This document shows positions 10,242 to 19,485 of a stretch of 64,000 nt of DNA, piece after piece (the stretch's first letter is position 1; the number at the start of each line of letters is the position of its first letter). Location: the IMG/VR virus record IMGVR_UViG_3300034062_008235, positions 1 to 64,000 of that record, one strand, 5' to 3'. The notes under the pieces are model-generated. The model saw only the letters and a program-made list of their open reading frames with translations, was not told the origin of the DNA and made no database searches. Source of the DNA: a virus. The position numbers and the translations under genes were made by a program.

Positions 10242-10622
10242 TCATGGGTTGCCACCTAAAGCAACATTTACTAACTGAGAAGCATTAGCTGGAGGATTTG
10301 TCTTAGTCAAATCTTGCATCGCTAATTGAAAATTTGGATCTTTGCGCAAAGTATCAATTGCATCTTTTGTCTTACCAGTTTGATATAACCTTAAAGCAGC
10401 TGAATTCTTTTGAGCAGCTGCATCAAGCTTCTTTCTAACAACAGGATTAATTTGCATTTGTTTACCTGCCTGATTAGGTGCTGATGACTGATTAGGTGCT
10501 GATGACTGATTACCAGCAGTAGGTGCCGCAGGAGCTGTAGGAGCTGTAGGAGCTGTACCAGTAGTTGGAGTGGTTCCTGTTTGTTCTTCTAGATTATTTA
10601 GAAATTTTTTAAATGATAACAT
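10242..10622 (-). CDS. putative capsid-targeted internal protein with T/A/P/Q low-complexity tract
   Basis: Start MLSFKKFLNNLEE preceded by TAAATA-N5; PTA repeats and an 18-bp NQSSAP duplication. Confidence 0.6.
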   Translation of the reverse strand: MLSFKKFLNNLEEQTGTTPTTGTAPTAPTAPAAPTAGNQSSAPNQSSAPNQAGKQMQINPVVRKKLDAAAQKNSAALRLYQTGKTKDAIDTLRKDPNFQLAMQDLTKTNPPANASQLVNVALGGNP

Positions 10623-10759
10623 GTCTATATTTATTGAGGAGGACTCAAAAATGAAAACATTTATCACATTGGTAGTAGCTTTTGTTTTAGGTTTTTTAGT
10701 TGGCGTAACTTCAACAATCATTGGACAATTTCATTACTGCCCATTTGTTAAAGCAAAAC

Positions 10760-12130
10760 TCATCCATAAGCATGAATAATTTTATTAATAATATTAGTTG
10801 TTGATAGACCTTCAACTAAAGGAATGAATTCAATTCTATCAACAACATTGGCTCCAGCAATGTTTTTGCCTCGCCAATCCTCACCTTTGACCAAAACATT
10901 CGGCTTAATTGCCTCAATTACACTTTGAGGAAACTCTTCTTCCAAAACAACAATAAAATCAACACATTCTATTGCTTTCAACATTTCAATCCTTTGACCC
11001 AAAGGAATTATTGGTCTTTTTTCACCCTTCAATTTAGCTATACTTTCATCTGAATTAATGCCAACGCATAGCTTGTCACCAAAAGATTTTGCCTGTTTTA
11101 AAGATGATATATGACCGAAATGTGTAAGATCCATGCAACCATTAGTCCAAACTAAATTAAAATCCCTATTCCTCAACACGGCTGGATTAGTAATCAATTT
11201 GTCTTTAACAAAAAAATCTGATGGATTCAAAGGTTTATTATAACGATTAGCAACATATTTTGTTCCAGCTTCAAATGCAATAGCTATTGCTTCTTGCAAA
11301 TCAATTCCTGCGCTTAAAGCCATAGCCAAAAATGCTATATAAGCATCTCCAGCACCAGTCAGGTTTTCCGGTTTTATAGATTTTTTATCAGGAATTACAT
11401 AATATATTTTTTCATTATGATCAATTGCGCTTACACCCTCTCCTGCATTTGTAATCACAACATTATCACATCCCAGCAAAGCTTGAAGCCATTTTAACTG
11501 ATCTTCAACTTTTTCTTTATTAACAAATCTTTTTGCCTCAACAGAATTTGGCTTAAATAAATAACATCCTTCCCAAATATTAAGATTTTTCTTAGGATCA
11601 ACAAGTGATTTACTTTGCTTTAAATAATTCTTATGCCAATTTGTAGAAAATAAACCTTTATCATAATCAGAAAATATGTTAATGTCTGAATCAGGAATTT
11701 TTATGTCACTTAGATATCTTGATATATCAAATAAACCAAAATTAGGCTGTTCAATGTCCCACCTAGTTAATGGATGAAAGTCCTTATAAAATCTTTTTTT
11801 TATTGGATTTTTAACATCTTTTGAAACAATAGAATACTTTGTATCAATGCCATTTAGTTCACATATGTCTTGCGTTTCTGGACTAATAAGCGAAATCAAG
11901 TTTGTCTTAATGTTAAAATTACGGAATTGCATAACAACATTTGCGGCACCACCACACAATACTTTATGCGGTTTGTCTGTAACAGAACAATGAATGGGAA
12001 TGGGAAACTCTGGACTAATACGATCAACTTCTACTTGGTAATACTCATCAATTAAAACATCTCCAATAATATTTATTGTAATGTTTGATTTGTTTAATTT
12101 GTCAAAAAAACTTGAAAAAAAATTGCCCAT
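10760..12130 (-). CDS. hldE: bifunctional heptose-7-P kinase / heptose-1-P adenylyltransferase
   Basis: IGDVLIDEY..RISPEFPIP, GGAANV, SDYDKG, TGAGD; C-terminal TNGCMDLTHFGH, GINSD, KGEKRP, LVKGED and STTNII. Confidence 0.93.
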   Translation of the reverse strand: MGNFFSSFFDKLNKSNITINIIGDVLIDEYYQVEVDRISPEFPIPIHCSVTDKPHKVLCGGAANVVMQFRNFNIKTNLISLISPETQDICELNGIDTKYSIVSKDVKNPIKKRFYKDFHPLTRWDIEQPNFGLFDISRYLSDIKIPDSDINIFSDYDKGLFSTNWHKNYLKQSKSLVDPKKNLNIWEGCYLFKPNSVEAKRFVNKEKVEDQLKWLQALLGCDNVVITNAGEGVSAIDHNEKIYYVIPDKKSIKPENLTGAGDAYIAFLAMALSAGIDLQEAIAIAFEAGTKYVANRYNKPLNPSDFFVKDKLITNPAVLRNRDFNLVWTNGCMDLTHFGHISSLKQAKSFGDKLCVGINSDESIAKLKGEKRPIIPLGQRIEMLKAIECVDFIVVLEEEFPQSVIEAIKPNVLVKGEDWRGKNIAGANVVDRIEFIPLVEGLSTTNIINKIIHAYG

Positions 12131-12163
12131 GAAATAAATAGAGTTATAACAGAAGGTAGAAAA

Positions 12164-13489
12164 ATGCTTAATTCATTAGACAAAAAAATATTTGACAAAA
12201 AATTTGTTGAATTTTTAGTTGAGAAAAATATCCATCCTTCACATTTGCTAAAACTAGCACATCAGATTAATTCTGAAACATTACTAAACGAAGAAGGAAT
12301 GACAGGTTTTTTGGGTGGTATTGGAGGAGGACTGACAGGTCTTTACCAAGGATTCAAAGCTGGTTGGGGTACAAAAGATATAAATGCAGCAGAAGACAGA
12401 TTAAAAGATCAATTAGATTTTGCATACAGAACATTTTCGAATAGTATTGAAAAAGCTACAGGAAACCCAGCAACAGCACGATTGGTTTTAGACAGACTGA
12501 GAACTGGCAGTGATGTTTTTACAGACGCTGCTATTGACAAACCAAGTCTTATATCAGGCAGATCACCAACATCACCATCTGGTGGCAGCGGCACCGATTG
12601 GCTAAATAATCTTTTAGGAGGAGGGGGAGGAGGTAGCAGTCCCAGAAGAAGAAGAACAAGAACAACTGCCCCAATAGATCCTCTTGACAGCGATACTCCA
12701 GTGGCAATAGCCGAACCACCATCAGCATCACCAGTTGCGCCATCACCATCACCAACTACACCATCACCATCACCATCACCATCACCATCACCATCACCAT
12801 CACCATCACCATCACCATCAATTGGTGGATTGACTCCAACGCCAACATCAACACCAACTACCACACCGACTCCTACGCCAACTGCTCCCCCAAAAATGGG
12901 ACCAGAGAAAGAAAAAACTTTAGAAAACCTTATCGAAAAAGATTTTTTAGAAAATTTCAACAATTTTGTTGAAAATATTTTTTATAAAATTGAAAATGAT
13001 GGAGATTTTGTTAAAAGAAAATTCCCATTTAAGACTTTAAGTGTCATAAAAAGACTTTATCAATATAAGTCACTTCCACTCAAAATGTCATATTTTGATC
13101 TTCACAGAAAAAACATGAGAATCATAGGTGCAAAAAACTGGAAAGAAATGATGAAGGAGATTATAAAAACATTTGAATCTAATAAATGTGATTTTGGCAA
13201 TGAAGAGTTTGTTAAAGATATTGGAACCATTTTTAATGACACTTACAATGCAGGTGGATATTATGAGAGGTTAATAACTGATTTAACTAGATATAATGAT
13301 AATTGGAAAAATTTAATAAAGGCTTTGAAAGAAATAGGAAAATATATTGATGATTTTTGCGAAAAAAATCCAAACAAATGTTCTGACAAAGGCGGAAAAT
13401 ATGGTGAAAAACTTTTAAATAATCTAGAAGAAAATAAAAACATCACTTTTGCAAATTGGTTATTAATTCAAGAAAATATACTATTTTAA
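12164..13489 (+). CDS. hypothetical protein with Gly-rich segment and Pro/Ser/Thr repeat linker
   Basis: GFLGGIGGGLTG segment, PS and PT repeats, KFVEFLVE near the N-terminus; TAAATA upstream. Confidence 0.65.
   Translation: MLNSLDKKIFDKKFVEFLVEKNIHPSHLLKLAHQINSETLLNEEGMTGFLGGIGGGLTGLYQGFKAGWGTKDINAAEDRLKDQLDFAYRTFSNSIEKATGNPATARLVLDRLRTGSDVFTDAAIDKPSLISGRSPTSPSGGSGTDWLNNLLGGGGGGSSPRRRRTRTTAPIDPLDSDTPVAIAEPPSASPVAPSPSPTTPSPSPSPSPSPSPSPSPSPSIGGLTPTPTSTPTTTPTPTPTAPPKMGPEKEKTLENLIEKDFLENFNNFVENIFYKIENDGDFVKRKFPFKTLSVIKRLYQYKSLPLKMSYFDLHRKNMRIIGAKNWKEMMKEIIKTFESNKCDFGNEEFVKDIGTIFNDTYNAGGYYERLITDLTRYNDNWKNLIKALKEIGKYIDDFCEKNPNKCSDKGGKYGEKLLNNLEENKNITFANWLLIQENILF
12761..12820 (+). repeat. (CCATCA)10 coding microsatellite (Pro-Ser)
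   Basis: Perfect 6-bp tandem repeat. Confidence 0.95.
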
Positions 13490-13516
13490 TAGTAAGTACA
13501 GTCACTTGGAGAAAAA

Positions 13517-14266
13517 ATGAAATTTTTGTTGCATATTTTTATTATTGCCATGTTTTCACTGTCATGTTTTGGTGCTGATTCATTAGTAGCAGTTGAGCCA
13601 CCACCAATTCCCCAATCACCTGTATACAGTATTACCAATAAAGTCGAAGGTTTAGAACTTCCTGAACCAATCACAGTCGATAGCAGTGAAGGATTTCTTG
13701 TTGTCCAAGCTAAATCTAAGGGACAAGTTAAATGGTTTGTTGTCGGCAACAACAAAGTTAAATATGTTGCTAATGACGCTGCAAACAGTCTTATAGTTTC
13801 TGTCCCTCAATCTGGAAGTGTTAATGTTTTTGCAATTGCTCTTGTAGATGGAAAATTAACAGATTTTGCAAGAACAGACATTACTGTAAAAGGCGTAAAG
13901 CCAGATCCTGTCAAACCAGATCCAACCGATCCTATTGATCCAGATGTAGTAATAGAAAAAGTTCCAGAAGGTTTGCATGTTACGTTTTTGACAGATTACA
14001 ATGAGTCAACACCAGATATTGCAGCTGTTTTAAACAGCAAAGAAATTAGAGACATTGTCCTAAAAACAAAAAGTTTTTACAAAGTTTATGATGTTAATAG
14101 CTTAGTAGTTAAACAAAAGAAGATGGACACACTGCTTAAAAAATTAAGCAGTAACAACCTTTTTGTTGTTCAAAAGACTGATGGAACTGTTCTTTACTAC
14201 AGTTCTATTCCAAAAACAGAAGTAGAAGTCGTTAAAATCCTAAATAAAATTACAAAAGGAGAATAA
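13517..14266 (+). CDS. secreted protein with signal peptide and Pro/Asp linker
   Basis: MKFLLHIFIIAMFSLSCFGA signal; a beta-rich domain, a KPDPVKPDPTDPIDPD linker and a second domain. Confidence 0.7.
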   Translation: MKFLLHIFIIAMFSLSCFGADSLVAVEPPPIPQSPVYSITNKVEGLELPEPITVDSSEGFLVVQAKSKGQVKWFVVGNNKVKYVANDAANSLIVSVPQSGSVNVFAIALVDGKLTDFARTDITVKGVKPDPVKPDPTDPIDPDVVIEKVPEGLHVTFLTDYNESTPDIAAVLNSKEIRDIVLKTKSFYKVYDVNSLVVKQKKMDTLLKKLSSNNLFVVQKTDGTVLYYSSIPKTEVEVVKILNKITKGE

Positions 14267-14267
14267 C

Positions 14268-15074
14268 ATGAGTTTTCCATCAATATATTTCGACGGCTAT
14301 TACCGTATCCTTTCCCATACCCCAAGCCCAGAAAACGATACTCCAAAATTTGGAGATTCATTCAGGAGCTTTGATGCTGCTGTTCTAAAAGAAATTGATA
14401 TGTCTTGGCAAGGGCATAAAATCTTAAACCAAAAATCAACTAACAGTTGTGTTGGTCATGCATCTACTGCTGGAATGGAGATTTTGCAAAAGCAACGTCA
14501 AAATGTTCAAAAAAGCTTTAATCCATTCTTTCACTATGCGTTAATTAATGGTGGACAAGATGGTGGGGCTTATATTTCAGATAGCCTTAACATGCTTAGA
14601 AAGTATGGAATCTGTGAAACAAGTGCGTTTCCACATGACCGTGTTTATTACAAGAGCAGTTTAACCAAAGCTGCTTATGATAATGCTGCTAGATTTAAGC
14701 TAGGATATGCTTATCAATGTAACACATTCGAAGAAGTTTGCCAAGCAATCAGCCTTGGTTTTGTTGTAAACATCGGCATCCTTGTTGGATCTAACTTTGC
14801 CAAAGTCGATTCAGAAGGCATTGCTCCACTTCCAAATGGTGGTGGTGGCGGACACTCAATGCTTGCCTGCGGAATAAAGCAACACAGCAAATATGGCTGG
14901 TTGGTAAAGCTCCAAAATAGTTGGGGTTCAAACTTTGGATTAGGTGGCTATTGCTATGTTAGAAAAGAACATTTTACAAGCCGAAGCAAGCTTGATTGTT
15001 TTGCGTTCCAAGGTGTTGTAGAAGATCATCTAGATCAAGATAAGACAGACGATGTACCTGTTGTTAAAGTATAA
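14268..15074 (+). CDS. papain-like C1 cysteine peptidase
   Basis: NQ..SCVGH (catalytic Cys), GHSM (His), QNSWG..FGLGGY. Confidence 0.9.
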   Translation: MSFPSIYFDGYYRILSHTPSPENDTPKFGDSFRSFDAAVLKEIDMSWQGHKILNQKSTNSCVGHASTAGMEILQKQRQNVQKSFNPFFHYALINGGQDGGAYISDSLNMLRKYGICETSAFPHDRVYYKSSLTKAAYDNAARFKLGYAYQCNTFEEVCQAISLGFVVNIGILVGSNFAKVDSEGIAPLPNGGGGGHSMLACGIKQHSKYGWLVKLQNSWGSNFGLGGYCYVRKEHFTSRSKLDCFAFQGVVEDHLDQDKTDDVPVVKV

Positions 15075-15084
15075 GGAGCTTGAA

Positions 15085-15561
15085 ATGAGCGAACCAGAAA
15101 CAAGATATTCGTTGGCTGATGTTGAGGTAATGAAAGAAAATGCCCTTAATATGGGGGCATCCACTGAATTTATTGCCGATTGTTTAAACAAGTATGGTCC
15201 TGAAGTCCTTAGCACTGTCACAGAAGGATTAAGGAATGGATTTTCGTTTGCATTCATTCTTGAAAGTTTCAGATTGTTTGGTCCATTTGTTTTAGACTTC
15301 TTTATTTCCTTGATGTCTAAGAATAAAATGCAAGCAAATCTAATGGAAATCGCAAATCAAGAAACGCTAGGAGCAGCTGCTTTTAGCAGAGAAGATATCA
15401 ATAATTTTGTTAAAGATGAAAATATTGACCTAATGAGTTCTAATCTCATTAAAGTTTTTATTGAAAAAATTCTTCCATATATTGGTAAGAAATATGGTCC
15501 TATTATCATCGAAGCAATTATTGATGCAATTACAAAAGCTGTCGATGAGGACAAATTGTGA
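15085..15561 (+). CDS. helical hypothetical protein
   Basis: Start MSEPE after AAGGAG; repeated KYGP/LFGP amphipathic helices. Confidence 0.65.
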   Translation: MSEPETRYSLADVEVMKENALNMGASTEFIADCLNKYGPEVLSTVTEGLRNGFSFAFILESFRLFGPFVLDFFISLMSKNKMQANLMEIANQETLGAAAFSREDINNFVKDENIDLMSSNLIKVFIEKILPYIGKKYGPIIIEAIIDAITKAVDEDKL

Positions 15562-15908
15562 GATATCTAACTCTTGCTTTACTGTTTGCATTTAGCAAAA
15601 TTTGCTTTGGTGAAGAATTACCAGTTATAAAATTTCCAAACAAAAAAGAAATCGAAAAAGCAAAAATTAAAGAATTAATTAAAGAACTTGATGTAAACAG
15701 TAAAGAAGAGCTATCAAAGGCAGACCAACAAAAAAAAGAACTAAAAGAAAATCTAAAAGAAGAAATAAAACCTCTTCCGTCAACCGCTTCCAATCCATCT
15801 TCCCTCAAATTGTATAACATGCCAACAACCAACAAGCCTATTTATACAACAAAGCCAATTTATTATAAAAAATCATCAATTAGATCGAAAGCATACTGTC
15901 CTACTTGA
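15558..15908 (+). CDS. small secreted protein
   Basis: MRYLTLALLFAFSKICFG signal-like N-terminus; ends YCPT. Confidence 0.6.
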   Translation: MRYLTLALLFAFSKICFGEELPVIKFPNKKEIEKAKIKELIKELDVNSKEELSKADQQKKELKENLKEEIKPLPSTASNPSSLKLYNMPTTNKPIYTTKPIYYKKSSIRSKAYCPT

Positions 15909-15939
15909 CCAAAGTAGGACAGAAGCCTTCGGTCGAAGG
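15896..15939. terminator. tandem hairpins between convergent genes
   Basis: CTGTCCTACTT/AAGTAGGACAG 11-bp stem plus CCTTCG/CGAAGG. Confidence 0.55.
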
Positions 15940-15942
15940 TAA

Positions 15943-16383
15943 TTATTCTGAAATTACTGAATCAATAACAGAAGTTTTGGTCACAATCATTCTTCCTCGA
16001 ATTCTTTCTGCATAAGACTTGCAGAAAGCTTTCATTTTAACAATCACATTATCATTTTTATCATTTTCTTTAGAAGAAAACTTTGGTTCTTTTAACCTAA
16101 TACTTTTGTTATCACTAATTTCAAAAAAAACAATATTAATATTATCCAAAAATTGATTATCAATTATTTGTACACTTGGATTAGAGGAAACAATCCAATT
16201 AATACTTTCAAGATATAATGTTTTGTTGGCAAGTTGTTTTGCAAGCTCTACTTCATCAATCTTTGGACCAGATGTTGGCGGCGTTTTAGCTGTTACTAAA
16301 ATCATAATACCTAAAAGCGTCAACGAATGAAAACTCAAAAATAAATATCTCCAAAATCCGTGACAATTCATAAGCACCTCCAC
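15943..16383 (-). CDS. membrane-anchored hypothetical protein
   Basis: N-terminal hydrophobic helix. Confidence 0.6.
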   Translation of the reverse strand: MEVLMNCHGFWRYLFLSFHSLTLLGIMILVTAKTPPTSGPKIDEVELAKQLANKTLYLESINWIVSSNPSVQIIDNQFLDNINIVFFEISDNKSIRLKEPKFSSKENDKNDNVIVKMKAFCKSYAERIRGRMIVTKTSVIDSVISE

Positions 16384-16399
16384 TTTAAATTAGTGGAAG

Positions 16400-17269
16400 T
16401 TATGCATAAAAGTCATTAATCTTCTGTTGCCACTCAGTTTGTTCCCGTTTATTATCAGAGCAAATATCCGATAATTTAGATTGTTCAACATTGTCTTTTA
16501 AAGATTGAGACAGAGATTCTACTTCCAATCGTGTTAACTTCATAGCTCCACGCATTGGATGATAATCATTCCAAGCTTCAATCGTATATGGGATCAAAGG
16601 CGTAATAAGCTTGAGAATAGCATCAGCATACACCCTAATTTCCTTCTGAGCGTGTGCATCTGCCCGAAGAGACAAAAGATGCAACAAATTATGTAAGTTT
16701 TGTTTCCAGTACCATTCTGTATAAAGATTAAGCGGCAAAACCATTCTGGCTTGTTCTCTTGAAACACCAGCATCTAACATTTGCAAATAAACAGAATATG
16801 CATCTTTGCAGCTTAAATCAATTTTATCAACAAATTCTTGAGATGTTTCCTTGTCCAAAATCTCTTCACCACCTTGCTTATTAGTTTTTGATTGTTTGCG
16901 TAAATCTTCAACATCAGGAATATAAAATTCATCCTTCATGACAGAATATCTTCCTGAAATTTCATTGAGCGACACAGTTCTGTGCCTTATCATTTGTCTA
17001 GCAATGAAGATAGGCATTTTCATGTGTAGCTTAAAATCAATTCCCTCGAATGGAGAAGTGTGATTGTGTCTTAGAAGATAACGTATTAATCCTTTATCTT
17101 CATTTACAGATTTTGTTCCATCTCCATAACTAACCCTTGCCATCTGAGCAATTGCATAATCACATGTTTGTCCATCAGGAACAATTCTTGGCATGACATC
17201 AATTAATTTTACAAAACCTTTATCAAGGCATTGAACTTCTTTAATAGGAACTAAATCAAGTGCGTCCAT
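16400..17269 (-). CDS. thyX: flavin-dependent thymidylate synthase
   Basis: ARVSY, HTSPFE, RHRTVSLNEISGRY, REQAR and HAQKEIR motifs. Confidence 0.97.
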   Translation of the reverse strand: MDALDLVPIKEVQCLDKGFVKLIDVMPRIVPDGQTCDYAIAQMARVSYGDGTKSVNEDKGLIRYLLRHNHTSPFEGIDFKLHMKMPIFIARQMIRHRTVSLNEISGRYSVMKDEFYIPDVEDLRKQSKTNKQGGEEILDKETSQEFVDKIDLSCKDAYSVYLQMLDAGVSREQARMVLPLNLYTEWYWKQNLHNLLHLLSLRADAHAQKEIRVYADAILKLITPLIPYTIEAWNDYHPMRGAMKLTRLEVESLSQSLKDNVEQSKLSDICSDNKREQTEWQQKINDFYA

Positions 17270-17323
17270 TGTATCACCCTCTAAGATTTTATTATTATAA
17301 TGTAGAAGATAATAAATGCAAAT

Positions 17324-17354
17324 AAAAAAGCGGAGGTTTTTAGGAAACCCCCGC
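17324..17354 (-). terminator. intrinsic terminator
   Basis: Minus strand GCGGGGGTTT/AAACCTCCGC stem followed by T6. Confidence 0.75.
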
Positions 17355-17464
17355 CAGAAAAACCTGACATATGTCTATTAAAATTTTTTTACTTATTTAT
17401 ATTAGGATTTTAACATTAAGGAGATCGAAACCTCCACAAGTATGTATGCAGCAACACATTATTT

Positions 17465-18031
17465 TTAATCTGGTCTAATAACTCCTCTTTGTGGAATTGG
17501 TATATTTGGATTAAGTGGTCGAATTCTTTTTTCAGATTGTTGATACATATTATGAGTTGCTGCTATGCTATCTTCAATTTCTTGTAATGCTTTTTGAATA
17601 CTGTCAGAAATTTCTTGACCTTGTTTAGTTTGTTTCAAAGAAGGACTATTTTTAATAGCATTAGAATAATCAACAAGAGCAGTCTGTAGCTCTAAGTACT
17701 TTCTTTTAATGTCTTTCTGATCATCAGCATTCTGACCAAATATCGCTTTCCCAAGTCCTGTAGTAGTATCCATAGCTCCTTTGCTAATAGCATCCATAGC
17801 TCCTATGGCAGCACCTTTGAATCCTTCTCCATCCTTAACTCTTTTTTCAATAGCATCCTTAACTCCTACGATAGTGTTTCTAGTTCCTTGTCCTACAGCT
17901 TTACCAGCATCACGCATTTTATTGTTAACACCTGATCCGTCAAGAAATCCATCAATGAATGGATTTATTACGCCTTGTTCCTGAACAAGAGATATTTTTT
18001 TATTTTTTAAAAAATTATAAAATGTTTTCAC
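17465..18031 (-). CDS. putative capsid-targeted internal protein (paralog of the 18063 gene)
   Basis: GTG start MKTFYNFLK after GGAG; Gly/Ala-rich amphipathic middle. Confidence 0.65.
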   Translation of the reverse strand: MKTFYNFLKNKKISLVQEQGVINPFIDGFLDGSGVNNKMRDAGKAVGQGTRNTIVGVKDAIEKRVKDGEGFKGAAIGAMDAISKGAMDTTTGLGKAIFGQNADDQKDIKRKYLELQTALVDYSNAIKNSPSLKQTKQGQEISDSIQKALQEIEDSIAATHNMYQQSEKRIRPLNPNIPIPQRGVIRPD

Positions 18032-18062
18032 TATTAACTCCAATTATTTTATTGTAGATAAA

Positions 18063-18833
18063 TCATCTCGTGTTTTGCCGAATAGCGTTTCCAAGCTCTT
18101 TCAAATCGTCATTAATGCCGTTAACAAGATCATTAACCTGCTGATTCCTCGCATAAACAGGATTACTTCTTAAGATATTAGCATAATTATTAAGAGTGGC
18201 TTGAATCTGTCGATGATTTCTAGTAATAGCTTGTCCATATCGAGCTTGTTGTTGTCCTTGTTGTTGTCCTTGTTGTTGTCCTTGTTGTTGTCCTTGTTGT
18301 TGTCCTTGTTGTTGTCCTTGTTGTTGTCCTTGTTGTTGTCCTTGTTGTTGTCCTTGTTGTTGTCCTTGTTGTCGTCCTTGTTGTCGTCCTTGTCGTCGTT
18401 GTCGTCCTTGTTGTTGTCCTTGTTGTTGTCCTTGTTGTTGTCCTTGTTGTTGTCCTTGTTGTTGTCCTTGTTGTTGTCCTTGTTGTTGTCCTTGTTGTTG
18501 TCCTTGTTGTTGTCCTTGTTGTTGTCCTTGTTGTTGTGGTTGGCTAGAGCCGAATGCAGCGTTATAAAGACCTTTTCCCATATTATAGACACCTTTTCCT
18601 AAATAATTGGCACCTTGTCCTACTTTATTACCAACGTATCTAGCAGCATCAGTTGCGCCTGTTGCATCAAGAGCACTGCCAATAGCCTGACCACCAAGAT
18701 ATGAACCCGCTGCTCCTAAAGCAGCACCTGCATAAGGTGCCGCTGCCATGGCAGCGGGTGCAAGTAATGGAAAAACTTCATTAAGGGCGTTCTCTTCATC
18801 TCTTTTTTCAACATATTCTGCAAAAGTTCTCAT
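18063..18833 (-). CDS. putative capsid-targeted internal protein with QQQG repeats
   Basis: Start MRTFAEYVE after GGAG; Ala/Gly hydrophobic segment; about 24 QQQG units. Confidence 0.7.
   Translation of the reverse strand: MRTFAEYVEKRDEENALNEVFPLLAPAAMAAAPYAGAALGAAGSYLGGQAIGSALDATGATDAARYVGNKVGQGANYLGKGVYNMGKGLYNAAFGSSQPQQQGQQQGQQQGQQQGQQQGQQQGQQQGQQQGQQQGQQQGQQQGRQRRQGRQQGRQQGQQQGQQQGQQQGQQQGQQQGQQQGQQQGQQQGQQQGQQQARYGQAITRNHRQIQATLNNYANILRSNPVYARNQQVNDLVNGINDDLKELGNAIRQNTR
18246..18537 (-). repeat. 12-bp coding tandem repeat (CAACAACAAGGA), about 24 units
   Basis: Near-perfect array with a central patch of CAA-to-CGA variants. Confidence 0.95.
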
Positions 18834-18895
18834 GACTAATCTCCTGTACAAATACAATATTTATTTACTGAAAATGCTGTAAAATTGGTTTTAAT

Positions 18896-19105
18896 TCATG
18901 ATTTTCTATGTTTCCTTTTTGGATTGACGTAATCTGTGCTAGTTAATTGTTGAATTGGTCCGCCTAATCCATATTGTCCCACATTAAAAAATTGTGGAAA
19001 TTTTCTACCTATCATCCCAGCACCAATTGGCAAAGCAAAATTAGCTACATCCCCTGTGCTAGTGGAAACTTCATCTATTTTCAACCAATATTTGAAGCCT
19101 TTCAT
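18896..19105 (-). CDS. small protein with CTS-like N-terminus
   Basis: MKGFKYWLKIDE; ATGA overlap with the upstream gene. Confidence 0.6.
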   Translation of the reverse strand: MKGFKYWLKIDEVSTSTGDVANFALPIGAGMIGRKFPQFFNVGQYGLGGPIQQLTSTDYVNPKRKHRKS

Positions 19106-19467
19106 TTTGCTTTACCCTTCAAAAAATCATTATATTTTTCTGCACCAACAAGACCTTGAGTCTTTAAATAATCTACAAAAGTTGGTGTTACGACAGTTTT
19201 TATGTTTAATTTACTTGGTACATGATCTGTATAAGTTAAATCACCAAAAACGCTTCGATTTTTCATTGCATAATTTTTACCGATTTTCTTAACATCAAAA
19301 GCAGAAGCACCGATTTGCTTATCTCCATAAAGTGCTTGAGCAAAAACAGAAGGTGTTTTTTCTATAGCATTGTCTAAATTTTTTGGATCAATATTGAAAA
19401 GTTTCAAACTTGTCATAAAGTCTGAATTTTTTCTTTCTTCATTGATATATTGGATAAATGTTTTCAC
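19102..19467 (-). CDS. small protein with CTS-like N-terminus
   Basis: MKTFIQYINE; TATATA-N5-GTG start. Confidence 0.65.
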   Translation of the reverse strand: MKTFIQYINEERKNSDFMTSLKLFNIDPKNLDNAIEKTPSVFAQALYGDKQIGASAFDVKKIGKNYAMKNRSVFGDLTYTDHVPSKLNIKTVVTPTFVDYLKTQGLVGAEKYNDFLKGKAK

Positions 19468-19485
19468 ACAAATATATACTAATAC

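Noticed and set aside
10069-10278. Short overlapping ORFs from the track (e.g. 963-1166, 4652-5068, 7887-8270, 10069-10278, 29586-29993)
   Set aside because: Antisense or out-of-frame to well-supported genes, with no RBS or recognisable motifs.
12409-12963. Antisense GD-repeat ORF (also 39495-39818 and the 61238-61736 alternatives)
   Set aside because: Shadows of low-complexity coding repeats on the other strand or frame.
17420-17435. T-arm-like GGAGGTTTCGATCTCC as a tRNA
   Set aside because: No acceptor, D or anticodon arms can be formed around it.
18246-18537. Array as CRISPR, or A-to-G changes as diversity-generating retroelement activity
   Set aside because: No spacers or cas genes; no reverse transcriptase or template/variable repeat pair in the window.
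18170-18602. DNNK-repeat and SLLL-repeat ORFs
   Set aside because: Alternative frames of the stop-free 12-bp array. Only the QQQG frame has an SD, the tag and paralogous flanks.
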